Shown: one piece after another, positions 1 to 7,148 of the stretch | Numbering within the stretch: the first letter of the stretch is position 1 | How the letters are laid out: each line of letters starts with the position of its first letter | Assembly (NCBI GenBank): GCA_049971295.1 | Contig: JBMFLH010000052.1 | Coordinates: 1-14,605, forward strand | Reading direction: 5' to 3' | DNA: 14,605 nt | Source of the DNA: Candidatus Ratteibacteria bacterium | Lineage (GTDB): Bacteria; Ratteibacteria; UBA8468; B48-G9; DTJG01 | The notes under the pieces: model-generated | What the model saw: the letters and a program-made list of their open reading frames with translations, nothing else | What the model was told of the DNA's origin: nothing | Database searches by the model: none | Position numbers and translations under genes: made by a program

Positions 1-2
1 AG

Positions 3-581
3 GCAAGAGAAAGGGCGAGAAGTGCTGTGTGTATGAACAACTTAAAACAGATAGGCACTGCCATCGGTATTTACGAACAGGACTATGACCGGCGAGTGTA
101 TGCGGGTGGTTATAACGGAGGATGGTATCAACTTTTGTACAACCTGAAATATATTTCAAATTATCAAATGTTCAGATGTCCATCAGACCCGCGAAAAGCC
201 GGCTATAACTGGACTCCAGCAGGTAACCTGACAAGTTATGGAACCACGTATGACGTGTACGATGTACCAAAGTTAGAATGGGTGCTTGACGCAAATCCTG
301 CTGGCTGTTATTACATCGGTGAATGCGCAACCGGTTCCTGGTACACCTATGACTACAGGCAGGCAGTATTGAATAACAACCAGACGTACATCCAGAATAT
401 AAAAGCATATATTGCAAAGCATAATGGTGGTTCAAATGTTCTGTGGTATGACTATCATGTTTCCTGGATTCCATATTCAGAATTTGAAAGAAGTGCTCTG
501 ATTCCTGGTAAAGGATGGTCAGGCACATGGGAAGGAGTATATGCTGGTGGAATATTTTCTCTTGCCCGCAGCAATCAATAA
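3..581 (+). CDS. Prepilin-type/DUF1559-family protein (type II secretion pseudopilin-like, H-X9-DG class), 5'-truncated by the window edge
   Basis: Frame is open from base 3: AREKARSAVC-like 'ARERARSAVCMNNLKQIG' helix, 'FRCPSD', and C-terminal 'HNGGSNVLWYDYHV' (H-X9-D). The N-terminal [10 protein letters not shown] lies outside the window. Confidence 0.88.
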   Translation, partial: ARERARSAVCMNNLKQIGTAIGIYEQDYDRRVYAGGYNGGWYQLLYNLKYISNYQMFRCPSDPRKAGYNWTPAGNLTSYGTTYDVYDVPKLEWVLDANPAGCYYIGECATGSWYTYDYRQAVLNNNQTYIQNIKAYIAKHNGGSNVLWYDYHVSWIPYSEFERSALIPGKGWSGTWEGVYAGGIFSLARSNQ

Positions 582-593
582 GGGGGTGACAAA

Positions 594-1242
594 ATGAAAA
601 AAAAAAGGATTTACCTTAATTGAACTTCTTGTAGTAATAGCAATCATTGCAGTGCTTGCAGCGATGCTACTGCCTGCACTTGAAAGAGCAAGAACCCTAG
701 CAAGGCAATCAGTTTGTATGAGCAATCTCAAACAACTGGGGCTTGCGGTTGGGATGTATCTCAATGACTTTAACGAATATTTCTACCCCACTGTGTGGGG
801 TTGGACGAGCGATTTGGGCACTTATAATGGAACAAGTTTTTTAAGGACACTTGTCCAATTGGGCTATGCCCAGGGAAAAATGGTATATAGTGGTGGAACA
901 AGTGGATCTTTGATACAGGCAGATGGTATTGTTGTGTGTCCTGATGTCAGACGTCCACAGTATGCTTATTATGTTGCAGACTTCAATTATAACTATTATC
1001 TCGGGCAGATGGGTACATACGGAAAACTGAAAAGGGTAAGGTTTCCTTCAAAAACAATTGTTTTCTGTGAGGGTTGTTATAGTCAGCGTCATTATGCACC
1101 TGATATCTGGACAAATACTCTTAATCAACGCATTTATGGCAGGCACTTTAATTATCAATTTCTTAACTGTCTCTTTGTTGATGGCAGTGTAAGGGCACTG
1201 AACTATCACGAATTTGTAAAAGAGAATGTGTTTTATCCTTGA
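594..1242 (+). CDS. Prepilin-type N-terminal cleavage/methylation, DUF1559-family protein; frameshifted at the A10 run after the ATG (215 aa if one A is removed)
   Basis: RBS AGGGGGTG at 581-588, ATG at 594, A10 at 597-606, then [45 protein letters not shown] in frame with the 652..1242 ORF; 'VVCPD' and '[17 protein letters not shown]'. As written the ATG frame gives [13 protein letters not shown]. Confidence 0.88.
597..606 (+). repeat. A10 homopolymer between the start codon and the prepilin cleavage motif
   Basis: Direct count: ATG AAAAAAAAAA GGATTTACC; longest homopolymer I noticed in the window. Confidence 0.9.
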
Positions 1243-1269
1243 TACAGGTCAGGGATAAATTGTTTTCTT
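1232..1269 (+). terminator. Putative intrinsic terminator overlapping the stop codon of the second pilin-like gene
   Basis: TTTATCCTTGA (1232-1242) pairs with TCAGGGATAAA (1249-1259), one G.U pair, followed by TTGTTTTCTT. Confidence 0.55.
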
Positions 1270-1307
1270 GCCTGAAGAGAATAAGTGAGGGTTTTTGATA
1301 CCTGGAT

Positions 1308-1336
1308 TTGACATTAGATGCTGGAAGTTGTAAATT
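1308..1336 (+). promoter_or_regulatory. Putative sigma70 promoter P1 for the isomerase operon
   Basis: TTGACA (1308-1313), 17-nt spacer, TAAATT (1331-1336). Confidence 0.6.
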
Positions 1337-1361
1337 AACCCTGCCTTTTTAAAATTTTTGA

Positions 1362-1390
1362 TTGACTGTAGCATTGAGAACATATAAAAT
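1362..1390 (+). promoter_or_regulatory. Putative sigma70 promoter P2 for the isomerase operon
   Basis: TTGACT (1362-1367), 17-nt spacer, TAAAAT (1385-1390). Confidence 0.6.
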
Positions 1391-1460
1391 ATCTATTTTA
1401 ATGTCCGTCAACAGGGATATTACTTTACTCTTTCAAACAAAATTCAAACAAGGAGGCATT

Positions 1461-2498
1461 ATGGAAAAAGGATACAGGTTTTCATTCGGACCATGGAACA
1501 TTCATACTGGAGCAGATCCATTCGGACCCCCTGTAAGAGAAGAATTTTCTTTTGATGAAAAACTTGATATTGCAGTAAAACTTCAGTTTGATGCAATCCA
1601 GTTTCACGATGATGACATTGTCGATGTGAATCTTTCAGCATCAGAAATTGAGAAAAAGGTTAAGGAGATTAAGAAAAAACTTGATGATAGAAATCTTGCA
1701 GCAGAATTTGTGGCCCCAAGAATCTGGGAACATCCATTGACTGTTGATGGCACATTTACATCAAACAATTCTGAAGCGAGAAAATACGCAATTGAAAGAA
1801 CAAAAAAAGCCATTGATATTGCAAATCTTATTGGCACAAAAAATTTAGTACTCTGGCCAGCAAGAGAGGGCTCATACAATCGAGAGGCAAAGGATGCAAA
1901 AGTTGCGATAGATAGATTTGTGGATTATCTGAACAAGGTTCTTGAATATGACAAAAACATCAGGATTCTTGGAGAAATGAAACCCAATGAGCCAATGGAT
2001 GCAAGTTATTGCCCAACAACAGGGCATTTCCTTGCCCTTGCTTCAAGGACAATAGACCCTGAAAGGGTTGGGGTACTGATAGAAACAGCGCACGCAATTC
2101 TTGCAGGACTTGAACCATCTGATGAAATGGGGTTTGCTCTTTCTTTTGGGAAACTCTGGGGAATCCATCTTAATGATCAGAATGGTTTGAAGTATGACCA
2201 GGATAGAACCTTTGGCGTTGTCAATCCAAGAAGGGCTCTTTCTCAGGTTTATCTTCTTGAAAAGTATGGTTATGGTAAAAACGGCGAATATGTTGGACTT
2301 GATGTAAAGGTGCTGAGAACACAGAAAAAAGATGTTTCTTACAAACACCTGCATTACAGCAGAGAGATTTTCCTTACTCTTGTTGATATTGTTAGGTCTA
2401 TTGATGAAAACAAACTTGAGCAATTAAGAAATGCGCAGGATTATGAAGAAATTGATTACTACATCACGATGAAACTATTGGGAGGCAAAAATGTATAG
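1461..2498 (+). CDS. Xylose isomerase family (class I-like) sugar isomerase, substrate uncertain, 345 aa
   Basis: AGGAGG at 1451-1456 before ATG 1461. Motifs FSFGPW, DPFG, FHDDD, WPAREG, EMKPNEP, ETAH, KYDQD..FG, LDVK correspond to actinobacterial XylA motifs. Confidence 0.88.
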   Translation: MEKGYRFSFGPWNIHTGADPFGPPVREEFSFDEKLDIAVKLQFDAIQFHDDDIVDVNLSASEIEKKVKEIKKKLDDRNLAAEFVAPRIWEHPLTVDGTFTSNNSEARKYAIERTKKAIDIANLIGTKNLVLWPAREGSYNREAKDAKVAIDRFVDYLNKVLEYDKNIRILGEMKPNEPMDASYCPTTGHFLALASRTIDPERVGVLIETAHAILAGLEPSDEMGFALSFGKLWGIHLNDQNGLKYDQDRTFGVVNPRRALSQVYLLEKYGYGKNGEYVGLDVKVLRTQKKDVSYKHLHYSREIFLTLVDIVRSIDENKLEQLRNAQDYEEIDYYITMKLLGGKNV

Positions 2499-3681
2499 AA
2501 TGGGAGAAGAAGAAGTCCAGGAATTAAGAAAAGTTTTTCTGAGCAAACAACTTTTCAGAGTTGGTGATCCTGCGTCAGGGCATCTTGGTGAAGTTGAGAG
2601 ATTTGAACAGGCATGGGCGAAACACATTGGCACAGAGTATGCTCTTTTAATGTCAGGCGGCGGAACTGCTGCATTGATGTGCGGCCTTGTTGGTTTTGGT
2701 ATTGGTCCAGGTGATGAGGTACTTATTCCCACATATACATTTATGGCAACAGCCAGCGCTGTTCTTGCAGTGGGCGCAATCCCAGTTCTGGTTGAGGTTG
2801 ATGATTCCTGTACAATGGACCCGGATGATTTTGAAAAAAAGATTTCACCACAGACAAAGGCTGTGATTCCAGTTCATATGGCTGGTATGCCTGCTGATAT
2901 GGGAAAAATTTGCGATATTGCAAAGAAACACAATCTAAAGGTTCTTGAAGATGCCTGCCAGGCAGTTGGTGGCAGTTTCAAAGGGAAAAAACTTGGTTCA
3001 TGGGGAGATGCAGGTGCTTACAGTTTCAATGTTTTTAAGATTATTGGATGTGGTGAGGGTGGAGGGTTTGTTACAAATGACAGACTGATTTATGAAAGGG
3101 CATCAATTTTCCACGATAGTGGTACTGCGTTCAGACCCTATGCTGGAGATTTCACAATTCCCATTTTTCTTGGTTTGCAATTTCGCGCCAGTGAAATTAT
3201 GGGAGCCATTATGAATGTACAATTGAGCCGTCTTGAAGGAATTCTCAAGGACTTGCGAAGGGTGAAAAGAATGTTTATGGAAGAATTATCAGAAATTAGC
3301 AGCATTGGTTTTGCAAGATCAAACGATATAAATGGTGACTGCGGTGTTGTTGTCGCATTTAGGTTTGAAAATGAAAAGCAGGCACTGGATTTTGCCCAGA
3401 GCGAAGGAGTTTTTGGATGGCGTCCCATTGACAGCAGAAAGCATGTCTGGTTTGACTGGGAGCCAATTGTCAATAAACGCATAGGAGGCCATCCAGCAAC
3501 CAATCCCTATCATTTCCCGCAAAATGCAAATTTAAGAAAGGACTACACAAAGGAAATGTATCCGAAGTCAATTGAAAACCTTGGCAGAACTGTGTTTATC
3601 AGCGTCAACCCTGATTGGTCAGACCAGGAGATAAACACAAGAATTGAAGCGTGCAAAAAGGCAGCGGAGAAACTTAAATAA
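2491..3681 (+). CDS. DegT/DnrJ/EryC1/StrS family PLP-dependent aminotransferase, 396 aa
   Basis: GGAGG at 2481-2485; GIGPGDEV, TFMATA, PVHMAG, EDACQAVG, SFNVFKIIGCGEGG (PLP lysine), GLQFRASE. Overlaps the upstream gene by 8 nt. Confidence 0.93.
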   Translation: MYRMGEEEVQELRKVFLSKQLFRVGDPASGHLGEVERFEQAWAKHIGTEYALLMSGGGTAALMCGLVGFGIGPGDEVLIPTYTFMATASAVLAVGAIPVLVEVDDSCTMDPDDFEKKISPQTKAVIPVHMAGMPADMGKICDIAKKHNLKVLEDACQAVGGSFKGKKLGSWGDAGAYSFNVFKIIGCGEGGGFVTNDRLIYERASIFHDSGTAFRPYAGDFTIPIFLGLQFRASEIMGAIMNVQLSRLEGILKDLRRVKRMFMEELSEISSIGFARSNDINGDCGVVVAFRFENEKQALDFAQSEGVFGWRPIDSRKHVWFDWEPIVNKRIGGHPATNPYHFPQNANLRKDYTKEMYPKSIENLGRTVFISVNPDWSDQEINTRIEACKKAAEKLK

Positions 3682-3693
3682 ATGGAGAATTCA

Positions 3694-4452
3694 ATGAAAC
3701 TTGGATTTTTTGACTCAAATGTTTTCATTGGAAGACCGATGAACGGGATTTTTGGTGCTGTGAAAAGTGCTGATGAACTTCTTCTGGAGATGGAAAAACA
3801 GCATATTGGAAAGGCGATTGTATGGCACATTTTTCAGTATGAAGGTTCTCCTGTTGAAGGAAATCGCATACTTGCTCAAGAATTAATAAAGAGTGAAAAG
3901 CTTTATGGATGCTGGACAATTCTTCCGCCACAAACAGGAGAGGTAATAAGCAAGGATTTTTTTGAAAGGATGAAAAAAAATAAAATTGTTGCTCTCAATG
4001 CTTTTCCAGAATGGCACAGATTTGTTCTGGATAATGTAGGTTTCGGAGAATTTCTTAATGAGGTCTCAGAAAGAAGAATCCCGCTTTTTCTGACAATGGG
4101 AAGAACCTGTATTTCCTGGGAATCAATTCACCGTCTGATGAGGGATTTTCCTGATTTAACCTGTGTACTTTGCGACATAGGAATCTGGGGCGTTGATAGA
4201 TTTACCTGGCCACTTCTTGAAAAATTTCCGCGCTTTTATCTTGAATCAAGTTTGCTTTCTCTTGAAGAAGGTGGAATAGAGGCAACAGTCAAAAGATTTG
4301 GCTCTGAAAGAATTGTGTTCGGGACTGGCTTTCCTGTTCGCTATCCAAAGGCAGCGATTCTTAATCTTGTTCATGCAGACATTTCAGAGAAGGATAAGAA
4401 AAATATAGCGTCAAACAATCTTGAAAAAATTTTACAAGAGGAACAACTATGA
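3694..4452 (+). CDS. Amidohydrolase_2-like TIM-barrel protein lacking the metal ligands (alternative start 3682)
   Basis: GGAG at 3684-3687 favours ATG 3694. Fold signatures FFDSNVFIG, LLLEMEKQHI.KAIV, FGSERIVFGTGFP, KKNIASNNLEKIL. Confidence 0.82.
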   Translation: MKLGFFDSNVFIGRPMNGIFGAVKSADELLLEMEKQHIGKAIVWHIFQYEGSPVEGNRILAQELIKSEKLYGCWTILPPQTGEVISKDFFERMKKNKIVALNAFPEWHRFVLDNVGFGEFLNEVSERRIPLFLTMGRTCISWESIHRLMRDFPDLTCVLCDIGIWGVDRFTWPLLEKFPRFYLESSLLSLEEGGIEATVKRFGSERIVFGTGFPVRYPKAAILNLVHADISEKDKKNIASNNLEKILQEEQL

Positions 4453-5255
4453 GCACGTTATGGGAAAAATTTCTCGAGAAGGGAAAGATTGATGAATGTC
4501 CAATTTATGATATGCACGCTCATATGGGTTCGTTTTCCAGAATTTATTTTCCCTATGGAGATTTTGACCCTGAAATAACAAAAAAGCGGCTTGACAGGGC
4601 TGGAATTAAGATGTTGATCTTTTGTTCCCATTGGGCGCTGTTTTCTCCTGATATTGGAAATAAGGCAAATATTGATGTGGTCAGAAAATTGCCGGGGCAG
4701 CTTCGCGCGTATTGCGGAGTTAATCCCAATTATCCTGAAATCATTGAAAAAGATGTTGATGAATTTGAAAAATACAGAGATGTGTTTGTGGGTTTCAAGC
4801 TTCTTGCTAGCTATCATAGGCTACCAATTACTCATCCGAACTATGTTCCTGCGTGGAAATACGCAGATAGAAAGGGTTTGCTTGTGCTATTACATACCTG
4901 GGGTGGAGACCAGTTTAATGGTCCTGAACAGATAAGAATTGTTGCGGAAAAATATCCTGGTGCAAAAATACTGATGGGCCATTCCTGCCATGGAGAATGG
5001 GACAAGGCAGTTCAGTTGATGAAGGACTTTCCGAATGTTTATGCTGAACTCTGTGCTGTGGTTGATGATAGAGGTGGGCTTGAAAAATTTCTTGAATCAA
5101 CCGGTTCCACACAGATTGTTTTTGGCACTGACTGGCCATGGTTTAACCATCACTATTACATTGGTGCTGTGCTTGATGCAGGTGTTTCAGACCAGGATGC
5201 TCACAACATTTTCCACCTGAACGCAGAAAAACTTCTTTCCACACTTATTTTTTGA
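4449..5255 (+). CDS. Amidohydrolase_2 family metal-dependent hydrolase, 268 aa
   Basis: DMHAHMG, GFKL, VLLHT, LMGHS, IVFGTDWP, NAEKLL; ATGA overlap with the upstream gene. Confidence 0.9.
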   Translation: MSTLWEKFLEKGKIDECPIYDMHAHMGSFSRIYFPYGDFDPEITKKRLDRAGIKMLIFCSHWALFSPDIGNKANIDVVRKLPGQLRAYCGVNPNYPEIIEKDVDEFEKYRDVFVGFKLLASYHRLPITHPNYVPAWKYADRKGLLVLLHTWGGDQFNGPEQIRIVAEKYPGAKILMGHSCHGEWDKAVQLMKDFPNVYAELCAVVDDRGGLEKFLESTGSTQIVFGTDWPWFNHHYYIGAVLDAGVSDQDAHNIFHLNAEKLLSTLIF

Positions 5256-6002
5256 ATGGCGAAATTTGGACTGTGGGATGTTGTTCTGATTGCGGTTGTT
5301 GCAATTCAGGCAGGCATATTGACATATGTTTCTGACCCGAGGAAAAAATCCCTGATACTGGTTTTCCCATTTCCATTTACTTGTGCCACAATTTCTCTTG
5401 GCGGAAAAATTGATGCCACAAATGTGTTAGGGCTCCTCAATCTGGCTCTTTTTACTTATGGCGTGCGGTTTTTTTATTCAAAATTGAAAATGAACATTGT
5501 GTTTTCAATAGTGTTTTTCGCTTTACTTTATTGTTTTTTAGCCATTGTTGTTGCAAAGATATTACCTGATGGAGAAATGGTATTCTGGATATCTACGTTT
5601 TTTGTAGCAATTTTTGCAATATCTTTGGCTTTGTTGACTGATTGCCCGGTAGAAAATTCTTATAGAACAGACCTGCATCCTTTGATAAAAATTCCGGTTA
5701 TTGTTGGGGTCATTTCAACGCTTGTCCTGTTAAAAAAGCAGCTTTCTGGTTTTATGACTGTTTTTCCAATGGTAGGGGTGATTGCTGCCTATGAATCAAG
5801 ATTTATGCTTGCCAGTGTTTGCAGGCAATTACCTGTTTTAATGATATGCCTTGTATCATTGATGATGACATTGAAGATTGTTGCGAATATAACAAATTTC
5901 TGGATCGGACTCATAAGTGGCTGGATTGTTTTTCTGATTGTTTTGAAAATCACAGGAAGGTTTTTATGGGAACAATTATGCCTGAAAAAGTTGAACAAAT
6001 AA
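5256..6002 (+). CDS. Polytopic integral membrane protein of unknown function (about 8 TM segments), 248 aa
   Basis: Hydrophobic throughout in two blocks separated by a polar linker (DCPVENSYRTDLHP); starts immediately after the upstream TGA. Confidence 0.8.
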   Translation: MAKFGLWDVVLIAVVAIQAGILTYVSDPRKKSLILVFPFPFTCATISLGGKIDATNVLGLLNLALFTYGVRFFYSKLKMNIVFSIVFFALLYCFLAIVVAKILPDGEMVFWISTFFVAIFAISLALLTDCPVENSYRTDLHPLIKIPVIVGVISTLVLLKKQLSGFMTVFPMVGVIAAYESRFMLASVCRQLPVLMICLVSLMMTLKIVANITNFWIGLISGWIVFLIVLKITGRFLWEQLCLKKLNK

Positions 6003-6751
6003 TGTTTGTTTCGGAGTTTGATAAGACAGAGCAAACATATCTCATTCAAAAACCCGTTAGTGCTGAATACAGTGGTATTGTAATTTATCTGCATGGAGCA
6101 ACAAACCACCAGCAACAGGGATTTAACAGGGAAATTTTTAATGGAACATTCGGAAAACTAATGGATGATTTTATGGAGAGAAACTATATCTATGTGTGCC
6201 CTGAATACAGGGGAGATTCCTGGATGAACCAGGCGGCAGAACACGATTTAATTTTTATTATTGAACAACTTGTAAAAAATTTCAGAACATCGAAAATTTT
6301 GTTGATGGGCGGTTCTATGGGAGGTACATCAAGTTTAATTTTTTCAGCAAGAAATCCTCATCTTGTTTCCTGTTGTTTGGCGCTATGTCCTGCTACAGAC
6401 ATGAGAAAACTTTATTACTACTGGCATGGCACTGAAAGGGATCTTCTCGTAAAAACAATTGAAAATGCCTATGGTGGGATTCCTGAAAAATGCGCTGCAC
6501 AGTATAAAGAAAGGTCGAGTATTTACCTGGTAGAAAATCTTTGCTCAATGCCAGTAGCAATCATTCATGGAGACAAAGACATTGTAATTCCTGTTGAGCA
6601 CTCAAGAAGATTTATCGAAAAGTCCAGAAATGCAGGTGTGAAGATTTATTATCATGAGATAAAAGGTGGCGACCACGATTCTCCAATAATGGATTTTGCG
6701 ATTGTAAAAAAGGCAATTAACTGGTTAGAGCTTGCCATCACAGAGCAATAA
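6002..6751 (+). CDS. Alpha/beta-fold serine hydrolase (S9 peptidase/esterase-like), 249 aa
   Basis: TAATG coupling at 6000-6004; YLHGA, PEYRG, nucleophile elbow GGSMGG, IIHGDKDIVIP, GGDH give a complete Ser-Asp-His triad. Confidence 0.88.
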   Translation: MFVSEFDKTEQTYLIQKPVSAEYSGIVIYLHGATNHQQQGFNREIFNGTFGKLMDDFMERNYIYVCPEYRGDSWMNQAAEHDLIFIIEQLVKNFRTSKILLMGGSMGGTSSLIFSARNPHLVSCCLALCPATDMRKLYYYWHGTERDLLVKTIENAYGGIPEKCAAQYKERSSIYLVENLCSMPVAIIHGDKDIVIPVEHSRRFIEKSRNAGVKIYYHEIKGGDHDSPIMDFAIVKKAINWLELAITEQ

Positions 6752-7145
6752 TTACAATAGAAATACAGGCAATGACAAGCCCTGCGATCTGCCGAGTTGT
6801 TGGTTTTTCCTTCCAGAGGATGTTTGCCATTATTGTAACAACCAGCAAATTTCCACAGCTGGCAACAGGAAAATAGATAATACCCGGAATTCTCAATATT
6901 GCCTGCATTGAAGTAATTCCGCCAGAAATCAGAGCAAATCCTATGATTGAGCCAAGTAAAAACTCATTTTTTTTTATTTTTGTCCTGGTTTTAATGACTG
7001 CAAAGGTGGCACTCAGCAGGGCGAAAACATGAAATAGTAATAGATATGAATTGACAGAAGCTCCGCAGATTTCTCCTGCCATTTTCCACGTTGTATCTGA
7101 AACACCCGCAAGAAAAAAACTTATCAGAATAAATTTCATCCACAT
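6738..7145 (-). CDS. DMT/EamA-family transporter, single domain (C-terminal half-like), 135 aa
   Basis: Five hydrophobic segments; IPGIIYFPV, ILWKEKPTTRQIAG is a typical EamA end; AGGAG 11 nt upstream of the ATG. Confidence 0.8.
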   Translation of the reverse strand: MWMKFILISFFLAGVSDTTWKMAGEICGASVNSYLLLFHVFALLSATFAVIKTRTKIKKNEFLLGSIIGFALISGGITSMQAILRIPGIIYFPVASCGNLLVVTIMANILWKEKPTTRQIAGLVIACISIVIIAL

Positions 7146-7148
7146 AAC

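Noticed and set aside
93..551. VYAGG occurs twice in the first pilin-like protein (GAGTGTATGCGGGTGG / GAGTATATGCTGGTGG)
   Set aside because: Only five residues in a Tyr/Gly-rich protein with no similarity in the flanks; compatible with chance.
652..1242. GTG 652 as the true start of the second pilin-like gene
   Set aside because: It falls in the middle of the hydrophobic pilin helix, has no RBS, and would drop the GFTLIE motif encoded in frame upstream.
3..1460. Diversity-generating retroelement acting on the variable pilin-like heads
   Set aside because: No reverse transcriptase and no template/variable repeat pair differing at adenines found in the window.
1362..1460. 33-codon N-terminal extension of the isomerase from TTG 1362
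   Set aside because: That TTG is part of a -35 hexamer; ATG 1461 has AGGAGG and matches where family similarity begins.
5819..6001. 61-codon extension of the alpha/beta hydrolase overlapping the membrane gene
   Set aside because: TAATG coupling at 6000-6004 gives a better start; the extension is an off-frame reading of a hydrophobic gene.
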